Source of the DNA: the human T2T-CHM13v2.0 reference genome, Homo sapiens
Length of the DNA: 64,000 nucleotides
Reading direction: 5' to 3' (one strand)
Assembly (NCBI RefSeq): GCF_009914755.1
Contig: NC_060934.1
The notes beneath the pieces were generated by a model. That model did not search any database, was not told the DNA's origin, and saw nothing but the letters and a program-made list of their open reading frames with translations. Positions 1 to 11,760 of this stretch are shown in pieces; position 1 is the first letter of the stretch; every line of letters begins with the position of its first letter. The translations under genes were made by a program, and so were the position numbers.

Positions 1-172
1 AAATCCAGGCAGACATCTCCAAAGAAGGAAGTGAGGCAGCCTCACTGCCTCTCATGGCCTCTCACTCCCCTCCCCTACCCCCACCCAGGGCCTACCCCAG
101 CTCTCTCAGCCTCCCCAGGCAGCCCCTTCCCCATGCCCCATCCTAGCCCCACCACGCAGCCCCGGGACTCAC

Positions 173-216
173 ATGGCCCACTGCAGCTTCTCATTCTTGA
201 TGGAGCTGTACAAGGC
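173..216 (-). CDS. PSD: PSD (EFA6A, ARF6 GEF) coding exon 11 (ALYSSIKNEKLQWAI), end of Sec7 region; gene continues beyond window start
   Basis: ccccccag acceptor, CAT|gtgagt donor; phase 0 entry matches exon 10 and the internal first exon. Confidence 0.93.
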
Positions 217-1699
217 CTGGGGGGTGAGGGGAACAAATTAGGGGGTTGTGGGTCAGTACCGCAGTGTCAGAGCTTAGAGCCTTCCCCTCTAACTTGAGAG
301 ATGAGCCAGAACTAAGGGGAAAGGGCAGCAAGATATAATGACCAAAAATACAGGCTCCAGAATGGAGACCCAGACCCGGCTCCACCACCTGAGCTGCATG
401 ACTTCGGGCAAGTATCCATGGAGAGGAACAAACGTAGTAACATGTGGGCACAGGCAGTTAGCACAGGGCATCCCAGCACAAGGCTGACGCACAGTAAATG
501 GTTGTTGCTATTATTATCTTTATTGTTGTTAAGGGGCTGTCCTGCTCAGATCCTGGGCTGGAGAAGCACAGCCCTGGAGGGAACGGGAAAAGCAGCCCAA
601 GAAATTCCCCTTCCCCCAACCACGCGCTCTGGCCTGTTTCCACAGGATGAGCCCACACATAGCATATGGGGAAACTGCGACCCCAGGATAGGGGACTCGC
701 CCTCTCAGCACTTTCCTTCCCTAATAGAGAATACACTATCATGGCTCCCAACACCAAGACAAGCTGAGGCCTCCCCCTAACCCTGACAGCCCCACCAAGC
801 CAAATGCCAGGGTGGTCCAACGCCCTGCCCACGTGCACACTTTGTCACTGGAGAGTGAACACTCCTCTAAAAAGCAGTGGTTTTAGCTTCCAATCCCTGC
901 ATAGCCCAAACTCTGTGCGATGTGAACCAGCCACTTCCCCTCTGTGCAGTTGGCCTGGGGACATTTGGGGGTCCTGGGGTGGTCAGAAGAGAGAATAGGC
1001 TCCAGGAGTGGCATGGGGTCCCCTCTTCTCCAGAGTGGTCTGGAATATGGGTCCACGCCAGCACCTCCAACTGTGGGGTACTTCCGTCAGCCTGTCCGTG
1101 AGTGGGTGTGTCCCCAGCATGTGCATGTTGGGCTAAGTGTGTGGCGTGTGATGCTGCCTGCATGTGAGCTGGGTGCAGTGGTGACGTAGGCACCTTCCCT
1201 GTGATGGGACACAGCCTCCCCTTCACTCCTCCCAACAAACCACAGTCTCTGACTCTCTCACTGCCCACAGCCATGCCCAGCCACAAGGCAAACCAGGCAT
1301 CCCAACTGGGCACACACTGTTCACACCCTATCTGGGGATGGGTGTACCCCACAGCCTCCAACCCCCACTCCACCGCCCCCAGCACAACCAAGGCAAATCA
1401 ACACATAGACCTTCCAGCACACACCCAGACGAAACCCAGCATGGCTCAGACCCTTAACCCTCACTCCGCAACTCTCTGGCCAGAAAGCGGAAGTGGCCAC
1501 CAAGATCCAACCTGCAATCCTTGCCTCCCGCCTTCTAGTTCATCCCCTGCCCTGTCTCAGGACCCCCTTCGGCCCACCATCACACCTCATTCGAGGGCCC
1601 TGAACCCCATCGGTGGGCCGCAAGTCATATTCAATCTAGAAAAGCCTCTTCGGTTTTTGAGGCCCACCTTGGCCCCAGGGTCTGTGCCCTCCCTGCCCC

Positions 1700-2450
1700 C
1701 CCAGCCCGTGCCCGCCTCTGGCTGCCCATGACCTCTGTCCCTACCAGGCTCCGCCCTCGGTTGGCACCGCCCTCGGTGCCTCCCACAAGCCGCCCCCTCG
1801 GTCGCCCCGCAACCTGGCGTGGGCCGCGGCCCCAACGCCCTCACCGCCTTTTTCTTCTTGCGGCTCTGCAGGCGGCTGACCACCAGGTCGGTGTAGAGCA
1901 CGGGCTTGAGGCTGCGCGAGCGCTGCGGCCAGCCGTAGCACAGGGTCTCCGCGCCGCGGTGGGTGCGCCCGTAGCGCACGGAGCACAGCGAGCGCGAGCG
2001 CAGCCGCCCGGCGCTGCTGTGGATGCTGTTGACGCCGATCATGCTGGCCCGGCCGGCGCGCCGCGGCCCCCGGCCATGCCCCCGTCCGCCCTCGGCCCCC
2101 GGGCCGCCCGGACGGCCCGCGGACCGCTCCCCCGACAGCCAGCGCGAGCGGCGCGGCCCGGCCCGAGCCGGCCCGGCTCTCACGGACGCACGGAGTGCGC
2201 GGCGGCGGCGGCGGCGCTGTCTGCTCTGCGGCTTGGCTAGAGCGGGAGGGGGGCGCCGACGGGAAAGGGAGGGCGAGGGCTGGGGGCGGGGACCGCATGA
2301 AATGGAGGCGCCCGATCGCGAAGGGGGCCCTCCCCGCGCGGCCACGGGGAGGAGCCTGGGGAGGCCAGCGTGGGTGGCAGCTCCAGGGAGGCTGAGAGCA
2401 CCGCTAGGCCTGGGGCTGTGACGCTGGGCGGACCCGGCAGGGTCTGGAAC
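1700..2450. promoter_or_regulatory. Intragenic CpG island / internal promoter of PSD short isoform
   Basis: Very high GC and CpG density around and upstream of the 2042 ATG; boundaries approximate. Confidence 0.75.
1845..2042 (-). CDS. PSD: PSD alternative internal first coding exon (66 aa, MIGVNSIHSS...RKKKKA) of a short Sec7-less isoform (EFA6As-like)
   Basis: gccagcATG at 2042, 198 nt open frame, GCG|gtgagg donor, phase 0 joins exon 11; lies in a CpG island. Confidence 0.85.
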
Positions 2451-3789
2451 TCCCTTCTGGCTGGTCTGGGTTGGGGTGGTGGGAGGGGAGAGGTCGGACC
2501 GCTTCCCTGCAGCCCTTTTCCACTGAGCCAAGAGGGGCCTCGAGGGAGGACGGAGGCAGGGAAGGAACAGCCCTGGCCTCATCCAGCTCACCCGCAGATA
2601 CCCCACCCATATATAGATCTGAAGTCACGTAACACACCTCGATTCTGACATACACCCCAACAAACCAGACGCACCAGTTCACGGTCACCCCAACTCGCAG
2701 ACACTACCCATTCAGATGGACACTTCAAAACTTAGAATCTTTAGCTCACAAAGATACACCCCCTACTCAGAGGCATATGGCATACCTCAGACACGGCCAA
2801 TTCGAAGATGTAAACCCCACCACACATAAACATCCAGCCTACACCCCAACTCAAACACACACTCTGAATCGTAAGCCCTAAAGCACAAACACACCAAGCC
2901 ATACAAACCCTTGATTCACGACGCCTGGGCACACAGATGCAACTCAACTCAAGCAACACCCCAGCTCACCATGGACGTTCCCTCTCAGATATACCCCAAA
3001 CTCAGAAGCCCAGCACCCCAAGCTCACAGAAACGCCCTAGGACAATCCTGTGCTGTTACATGTATGTAGTGGAGCAGAGACACCTTTGTCCTAGCCTGGG
3101 GGTTTCTTCAAGTGAGTCCAGGCCTCTCTAGATAAACTACCACCAGATCAGGGAGAGGAGTGAACCCACTGGATGAGCCACTCCCTTCTCCTACCGGCAC
3201 CAGCCCCTACGTATCTGAGCCCTCGGTTGCGGGCCATGGAGCTGGCGCCTGGGAACGGGACCTGCTCACAGGGAGCCAGAAAGCAGTTTCTAGCTCCAGC
3301 TTTGCGCTAACTCGCTGCCAGACCTTGGAAAAGCTTAGTCCCTCTCAGGCCCCTCTCCCTCCGGGTTCCTGCAGCGCAGCAGCACCGGGAAGGTCTTTTT
3401 GGCTGTCCACGCGGCGGGGGAGCAGTGTGGAGTGTACCCCCATCCAATCCCTGTCCCGTGCAGGGACCCCCGCAACTCCCGCCTTCCACCCCAGCGCACA
3501 CTGGAGGAGGGGAACTGAAGGCAAACGCAGGGGCCGGGGCCGCCTGCTCGCGTTTTCCAGAGCCGGGTCCCCTCCCCCGCCGTGCGCAGTCGCGACCGCA
3601 CGCATGTGCGCATGTTCCGGGAGAGCCTGCGCGTGGGGCCTGGGGAGGGGGCGGTCCCCAGGCTGAGTCACGAGAGCCCGGGCTTCCGTGGCAGGAGCCG
3701 GGGGTCGGCAAGCCCCAGCCCTGCCCTCCCTCCGACTCTGGACTCCGTCGCCGACTGGGTCCTCCATCCTTCCCCTCCAGCGACTTCTA

Positions 3790-3897
<108 letters not shown>

Positions 3898-4007
3898 CTA
3901 AGGAAGGGAACGGAGGCCTGTGAGTTTGGAGGGCCCTTGGCCTCCCAGGTCCTGCATGTCTGGCCAGGGGTTTGTTTTCCGGCTCCTGCCCGCCCGCCTC
4001 CACTCAC

Positions 4008-4066
4008 ATGGCCGTGGAGATCCGTGTTGAGCAGCATGAGCGCACAGGTCAGCGTGTGGGCGCCGT
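4008..4066 (-). CDS. PSD: PSD coding exon 9 (DGAHTLTCALMLLNTDLHGH), Sec7 motif 2
   Basis: LNTDLH Sec7 signature; cccctag acceptor, CAT|gtgagt donor; 59 nt. Confidence 0.95.
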
Positions 4067-4646
4067 CTAGGGGAGAGCTGACTTTCAGCCTTGGCTGCCT
4101 CCCAGGGACCCTTCCCACAGCCATCTTCCCCAACCTCCCATTTCATCCCCACCCCCTTTGGCCGGCAACTTCCTACCTCCTGAACCCCGCTAGTAAACCC
4201 TCCCCACAAAGAGCTCCTCTTCCAGCAGATCCGTCAGCAAGGACCTATCCCTCTTCTCAGGACCCGTCCCTGGCTCCCTCAAGTACTGAGGGCTAGTTGC
4301 CCCAACGTACTAGTTGCCCCAACGTTCCCTTGCCTCTAAGCCTGGACCACGAGAAAGTGAACCGCAGCACAGTCCTGTAGACCAGTGCAGCCAAACAGAA
4401 TCCCCTCTCCAGCCAAGCACTGGCCTGCACAGGCATGCAAACTCCTGCCTCTTCACAACACACTCAACCCTAGCAATATGCCTGCCCACATGTATAGTTC
4501 CACATACATGCAGCCATGACAGCGCTGTCTGCACACATGCAAGTTCACATGCCTACACGCATGTACATCCATTCCCTGCTGTACACACACTCATGCTCCT
4601 GTACACACACACAGGGCCCAGCCCATTTTGCCACTGTGGCCAGCTA

Positions 4647-4930
<284 letters not shown>

Positions 4931-5066
4931 CCACCCATCACCCCTACCCAAGGTCCCTTTACCAGGCAGCTCTGGCCCTTGGCCATGCCCAGCCATCTTG
5001 GGAAGGGTGATGTCAGGACGGCTTGTGGGGGACAGAGGGGCTCAAAGGAGGCATCCTGGGGCCCTA

Positions 5067-5258
<192 letters not shown>

Positions 5259-5349
5259 TTACCCAATGACCAGGGGACATTAGATGGAGAGCTGCCTTCA
5301 GGATGCATTCCCTCTGCCCCCATCCTCAGTCCCAGCCTAGTGGCTTTAC

Positions 5350-5544
5350 TTCTTGCCCAGGTGCCGGGCCACATCGGCCTTCCTGAAGCCATCTAGTCGG
5401 TACAGCCTCTTGGCCAGGCGCTGCGCAGCCTCCAGGTCCGCTTTCTGCCCATTGGACAAGGTGTCTGTGCTTCCCAGGGCCAGCCGCTCTGTGCTGTCCA
5501 GCTCTGAGTCTGAGTCGGACACCAGCTGGCTCAGGGGTGGTTCG
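5350..5544 (-). CDS. PSD: PSD coding exon 6 (SEPPLSQLVS...VARHLGK), start of Sec7
   Basis: ccggcag acceptor, GAA|gtaaag donor; 195 nt, phase 2-2; ORF 5346..5561. Confidence 0.95.
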
Positions 5545-6072
5545 CTGCCGGGGTAGAACACCAGCTCAGGCTGGGGCAGGGTCCTTAGGAGCCATCCAGA
5601 CCCTCCTTCTGCCTCCAGGCCCAGAAGATGGAGAAGGGGAGGGAGTGGAGGGACATGGGGAAAGCATTCTTCTTTTTTCCAGGGAAGGAGATTAGATTCT
5701 CTCCATCAGCCTACTCCATCATTACCACCTCTCTGTGGAAGTCCTGCCTCAAATCTAACCCACATCCGTCTTGCTGCTGTGGGAGTTCTGGCTGCTTCCT
5801 CAAGCTCCCAGGGGCCTACATTTGCTATTAGACATAGATTATCTGTTCCCACCCTGGCCCTACACAGAACATAGTCCTTTGTCTCTTAGACTATGGACAA
5901 AGCTGGAATAGATGGGCTACCACGGAGGAACTGTGGAGGGCCAGGGAAAGATTTGAAGGCAGCAGGGATACTGGTCCGAAGGCTTTCCCCCTCCTGCTTT
6001 TTAGGGAGAGGAACCTCTCCTTGGTGCTCCCCCTCTGCCCACACAGAAGCAGGCTCTGGAGTTAGGGGGTTA

Positions 6073-6195
6073 AGGGTCGGGGTGCATACCCTCATTCCCT
6101 TTCTTTCCTCCCCTTCCCACCCCAGCTGCTCTACTCGCAAAGCCACCTGTCAGCCCAGAGACAGAGGCCGGAAACTCCTGGTTGCTAGGCAACCC
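6073..6195. repeat. Inverted repeat arm B (123 bp, non-Alu), PSD intron 5
   Basis: Ungapped reverse complement of 4808-4930. Confidence 0.95.
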
Positions 6196-6737
6196 GGTCT
6201 CCCTGGCCACCCCCTCCTGTTGCCATGGCTTCCATGACTGAGAGGGTAGCTGGCAGAGGGGAGAGCAGAAAGGTTAGACTGTGAAAGGACTTCCTGGAGC
6301 TGGACGAGAGATGCCTGATTAGGCAGGGGTGACATGGGAGGGAGGCAGTGGGAGAGGCTGGTGGCTGCATCTTTGGTGAAGCCTTCAGGCTGGGTGAGGG
6401 TAAGGTCACAAGAATTCTGAGCAGGCTAAAGACTCTGCCAAGGGAAGAAAGGGCCCTCCAGGAGAGCAAGAAGGGTATTCTCCTGGGATCCTTCAATGCT
6501 GAATCATGCTTTCTCAAGCCACTGGACTTGAGACCAAGAGGGGTGCTGTGAGGGACTCTCCCTCACAGCTAATGGCAGTAGTCCTCCAAATAGGAAAACA
6601 GGATCTGCATCCCTTAACCACCCCTACTCAGGGGTCAGGAATATAAACCAATCCTCACACTCAGGATCTGTCCCTTACAGCAGCTGTTTCTGGAGCCCTG
6701 GGGGCCTCAAGTCTGAGGGACAAAAGGAATTACTTAC

Positions 6738-7166
6738 CTGCCAAGGGGTGCTGCCCCCAGCCCAAGGCTGTCCTCTGAGTGGCAGGGACTAGGGGGCTCC
6801 CTCCCTGGGGCCAGCTTGGCTCTGGCCTCTGCCTCCTCCTCCTCCCCTCTCTGTGTCCAAGGACCATCAGCAGCAGAGCTGGTACCAGAATCCGGTTCAA
6901 GAGGGGCAAGTGGGGCGGGAGCTGGTGGGTCGGGCCGGGGTGCAGGGGGTTGGGGAGGCAGCTCAAAGGTGAAGAAGGGGCTCTGGGTTGGGCCAGGTGA
7001 GGCCAAGGCCTCCAGCGAGGCGAGGCTGGTATAGGAGGTGCCTTTGGCCCGGTGTGACTCCAGGATGGCTTCGAACACACAACTGAAAGAGTCAGGCCCA
7101 TCAGCCGAGGGGCTCGTCCCAGGTAGAAAGGGCACAGGTGACTTGAGAGGCATCCGGCTCCCTGGC
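6738..7166 (-). CDS. PSD: PSD coding exon 5
   Basis: ccctgcag acceptor, CAG|gtaagt donor; 429 nt; ORF 6734..7153. Confidence 0.94.
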
Positions 7167-7831
7167 CTGCAGGGGCAGGGAGAATCTCTGATTAGGGGCC
7201 CAGATCACAGGGCTGGGGCAGGATTTCACTGAACTCTCACACTGACTCTGCTAAGGGGATTATCATCCCCTTTTCACTGGCTCCAGCCCACTAACAAAAA
7301 AGAGCCTCTAGGGTAGGGCGCCAAGCTATTCAGTGCCCCCTGGGGCACACCAGCCCTACCAGTCCCCAGCACCCCATCCCCTCCCTCCCTGCTAATCTCC
7401 CTTTCTCCTCCTTTTCCGTGATCCGCTTCCCTTCTGCCATCCCATTTCTATTTCTAGCAACATCTTAGGAGAAGATGAGGCTCCAAGCGACACTGGGGTG
7501 TGAGACGGAAAGGAATGTCCCCACACTCCCCACTCTCCCACCAGGATCCAGGATCCAGACTCATGCTCCTGTGTTCCTGGGCTTGACTGTGGCCTCTGGC
7601 CTCTCACCCTGCCCCCTGTTCTGCTAGAACCCCTGGCCTCTTTGCTCCCCACATCCCCAGTGTTCTGCCAAGCCTCAGGCCTCTGTCTAGAATCTCCTGC
7701 TATACACACTGCCCCGCCAGCCCCACACCCATCTCTATCCCAGGCCCTTTGAGCCCGGCTCTGCCTGTGGGCCAGTGCGAAGGAGCAAGCCGCTTCCCTC
7801 TCCCACTTCCCCCTCCCACTTCCCCACTCAC

Positions 7832-8198
7832 CGGGCCCCTTCAGAGGCCTCAAACACCTCGTCGTCCACATCTTCTTCCCCACCTGCCTCATCGTCGTCC
7901 TCATCCTCATTGCCACTGCCGAGGCTGGGATGAGGGCCAGGGAGTGGGCCGGGCCGTGGGGCAGGTGGGTAGGCAGTGCCTGGTGGGCCCTCAGAGCTGG
8001 GCTGACTTTCGATGGCCGAGTCGGCCTCCTCCCGCTCAGCCAGCACCTCATCGATGTCAGTCTCGCGGTAGCACCTCAGGGGCACCGTGTCCAGGTCTGT
8101 CTCGGAGTACTTGGCTGCTCGCCCCACAGCCACCCCAGAGCCCTGCCTTGAGCCCACCCCAGGTGGAGATGGGGGGGCCTGCTCTGGGGGCTTAGCAC
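7832..8198 (-). CDS. PSD: PSD coding exon 4 (includes YSETDLD/YRETDID motifs and an acidic tract)
   Basis: actacag acceptor, CCG|gtgagt donor; 367 nt; ORF 7828..8280. Confidence 0.94.
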
Positions 8199-8429
8199 CT
8201 GTAGTGTGCATAGGCATCCAGGTCAGGAGGTTATCCACGTCAGCTCCCTGTCCTAATTCTGCTCTAGGATCTCTGCCCACTGCCTCATATTGACAGGAAG
8301 TTCTTTCACTGTCTAGCCACCATTCCTCCTGCTACATACTTAGCTTGTTCCTGGTGCCAGTGGAGCTCATTTTAAATCAAGTTCTTGTCAAATGGCTTTG
8401 AGGAGCTGGGGGAAGACCAGCCTTTTTCT

Positions 8430-8715
8430 GTCTTTTTTATTTATTTATTTATTTATTTTGAGACAGGGTCTCACTGTGTCACTGAGGCTGAAGTGCAGTG
8501 GTGCAATCATAACTCACTGCAGCCTTGACTGCCTGGACTCAAGGGATCCTCCCACCCAACCTCCCCAGTAGCTAGGACTATAGGTGCACACCACTACATC
8601 CAGCTAATTAAATTTTTGGTAGAGACTTGCTTGTTGTCCAGGCTGGTCTTGGACTCCTGGCTTTGAGCAGTCCTCCTGCCTTGGCCTCCCAAAATACTGG
8701 GGCCACTGAGCCCTG
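8430..8715 (-). mobile_element. Alu (old, AluJ-like)
   Basis: Antisense Alu consensus with T-rich tail. Confidence 0.85.
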
Positions 8716-8985
8716 CTGAGCCTCTTTTCTACTCCATGGAATGCCCCTCAATATCCTTCTGTCCCCGCCCTCCATTACTCAGCTTCCTCCAGGTGCCCTG
8801 CCCAGTCCTATCCTCCAGCCTCCCATCATAGCGCAGATGGAAAGATTGAGGCCTGGGGAGACATTGGCTGACTCAAGAGCCAATTCCAAGGATTGGGGGA
8901 AGTTTGAAGGAGGGCTCCCTACTGAGCCTCAGCTGCTGTGGGGAAGGCCCTGCCCTGTTCTCCCTGCCTCAGTCCCAGGCCTTAC

Positions 8986-9088
8986 CTGAGCTGGGGGGGT
9001 CCAAGGAGCCATAGAAGAATTCCCATTTGGCTCTAGCGATTCTCTGGGCATGAGAGGAGACTTCCCGGGGGGAGGACCAGGTATCCCC
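8986..9088 (-). CDS. PSD: PSD coding exon 3 (GDTWSSPREVSSHAQRIARAKWEFFYGSLDPPSS)
   Basis: ggctcag acceptor, CAG|gtaagg donor; 103 nt; frame consistent with exons 2 and 4. Confidence 0.93.
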
Positions 9089-9353
9089 CTGAGCCAACGA
9101 GGGAGACACAGGCACCCAGAGATAAAGCCAGACATACAAGGACACAAGAATATGGGACAGAAACAGAAATTAAAACATGCATCGACAGAGATGGAGGTTC
9201 AGAGACACAGAGACAAACACAGAGGGCAAGAGAGAGGCAGATTTAGAACAGATTAAAGGATTCAGAGTGAACAGCAGACAAGCCCATGTCTGACAGGAGG
9301 CTGAGCCTTGCCCCTTCACTGGGGGCCCAGGGAGCCCAGGGGAAGTTGCATAC

Positions 9354-10007
9354 CTGGTTCAGGAATCCAGTGTCAGCAGGTCCTCCGAAGAGTGTGGCCA
9401 GGCGCTCAGGGGGGCCCCCCAGCCCATTGGGGAGAGAGGAGTAAAGGCCATCTGCTCCAACCTGGGGTGGGGCTGGCGGCCCATGTACAAGGTTCCGGCT
9501 GCCAGGTAGGGCCGAGCCTCCTCTGGCGGGGAGTGGGTCTGATGTGGATGCTTCCAGCCGTAACTTCCGGTTGGAGCCAGGCCCAAGGGCTGGGGTGGGC
9601 CTGGGAGGAGAAACCCCACCCAGATCCCAGCTCCGACTCAAGCCCCCTGGAGCAGGTAGCCCATTCAGTGGCCTCACACTGGCCTTCTCCACAAAGCGGA
9701 AGATGACCACAGAGCTCTGGGCCCCGGGTGGGGGCTGCCCAGTGGGTGAAGAGGGTGCCCAGGGTGAGGGAGCAACACGGGGTGAGGGGGGGCCACGCAG
9801 AGGTGTACAGGGTGCTGTCACACGTCCCAGTTCCCGGCCTCGAGGACCTGGACCTGCCACTCGCCGTAGCAAGGAGCCTGTGCTGCCATACATGCTGGCT
9901 GGGGGGCTCTGGGGCACCGGGCCTTCGGGGAGCCAGCGGCGTGGGCATCGTGGTGGGGAGATGGCACAGTCGCCTTCCGAGCAGAAGCGCATGGCACCCT
10001 GGGCCAT
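9354..10007 (-). CDS. PSD: PSD first coding exon (exon 2, MAQGAMRFCSEG..., 218 aa); exon starts at 10090
   Basis: agcATGG Kozak at 10007; cttacag acceptor at 10091-10092; CAG|gtatgc donor. Confidence 0.94.
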
Positions 10008-10588
10008 GCTGGGGCCGGGGGTCAGGCTGGGGGGGCAGGGATGGCGAGGCCAGGCGGGGAGTAAGGGGGCTGCATGCTCTTCAGACAGGCCTGTAAGAGA
10101 GGAAGGGGAGCATGGGGTGAACTGCCAAGGAGTTAGATGGATAGGACAGCAGAGATAGGGAAGGGAAAGTTGGCTAGGGCCTCTGAGTATCAGGGACCTA
10201 GCACACCCTGGTAATATGGGATCATTGATCCCACGCCTGGGGACTACTTCCATAGAGGCCTGACGAGAAAAGACTTATACACCCAGTGGGCCCCTGGCTC
10301 CTTTCCTTCTGCCTGAGGCCCTGAGCATCACCCTGGGAGGAGAGAGGAAGCAACTTCAAAGTTGAGTGAGCCCGGAGTTCTTATGGCACTTTGGAGCTAC
10401 TTCTAGAATAGGGGAAGTTGGTACCCCACCCTCTGGAAAAGGGGTGTCAGCCAGCTGTCACCATCATACAGCCCTGTGACCCCTATAGTCTCTCTTATGG
10501 AGGCCCCTCACTCAGGGAAGGGAAACTCAGGCCTCCTGGAAGGAGAGGGAAGAGGAACAGGTGTTATATAGGGATGCTGAAGGGCTGA

Positions 10589-10976
<388 letters not shown>

Positions 10977-11016
10977 AGGGACATTCTTTTCTTCATACAG
11001 GTACAGACAGGCACCT

Positions 11017-11028
11017 ACACACACACAA

Positions 11029-11061
<33 letters not shown>

Positions 11062-11066
11062 CATAC
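11017..11066 (+). repeat. (CA)n microsatellite within a CA-rich tract extending to about 11410
   Basis: Direct inspection. Confidence 0.9.
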
Positions 11067-11664
11067 ATAAGGACAAATATGTCAGTACACAGTTAAACAC
11101 ATTCATAGGCAACACCCTCTGGCACACACACAGACACACACACACACACACTGCTCAAAGACACACCCTCATGCACTCTCACAGTCATAACAAGTATGTG
11201 TGTAATGAAAAGGCACATGCTTGTTTTACACACACACCATCATCAAACAGGAACACACAAAGAGGTACCCAAATATATACACAAGCTGTCATTCTCCAGT
11301 GCACACAGAGGTCCAGGTGTATCAGACACTCACAGAGACCTACTGCTCACAGTCACATACACATACAGATGTACACATACAGATGTACACACTCAAGCAG
11401 GGACACACACCGTCCCCTCCCCCCCACCTACTGGGGTCTCTTGAGGGGAATCTGCACCCATATTCCTCTCCTCTCCCTCTCTCCCCAGGGGTAAGACAGA
11501 TCCCGCCCAGGAGAGACCATAACCAGGTAAAGGGGCCTCTGGTGGCAATGCAGGGGAGGGGCAGAGGTCAGGAGTAGCAACCCTGCCAGGCAGGTTCCGG
11601 AAGCTCAACGGGGTCCCAGCGCATACCCGGTGCAGCCCCAACTCAATGCCACCTCAGTACTCAC

Positions 11665-11760
11665 CGCTGCTCGCCCAGAGCTGAGACCGAGGAGAGACAG
11701 AGGAGAGGCTGGGCCCAGCTGAGCTGTGAAGGCAGCGCGGCTCCCGTTTGCTCCAGGCCC
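11665..11760 (-). other. PSD: PSD non-coding first exon (5' end approximate)
   Basis: Strong GCG|gtgagt donor at 11664; GC-rich promoter immediately upstream. Confidence 0.65.

Noticed and set aside
1587-2606. 339-aa ORF on the - strand and several + strand ORFs
   Set aside because: Only 2042-1845 is bounded by a Kozak ATG and a donor; the rest is stop-poor CpG-island sequence or antisense shadow.
9243-10253. 336-aa ORF as an N-terminally extended PSD
   Set aside because: It runs through the acceptor at 10091 and the donor at 9353; the extensions are intronic.
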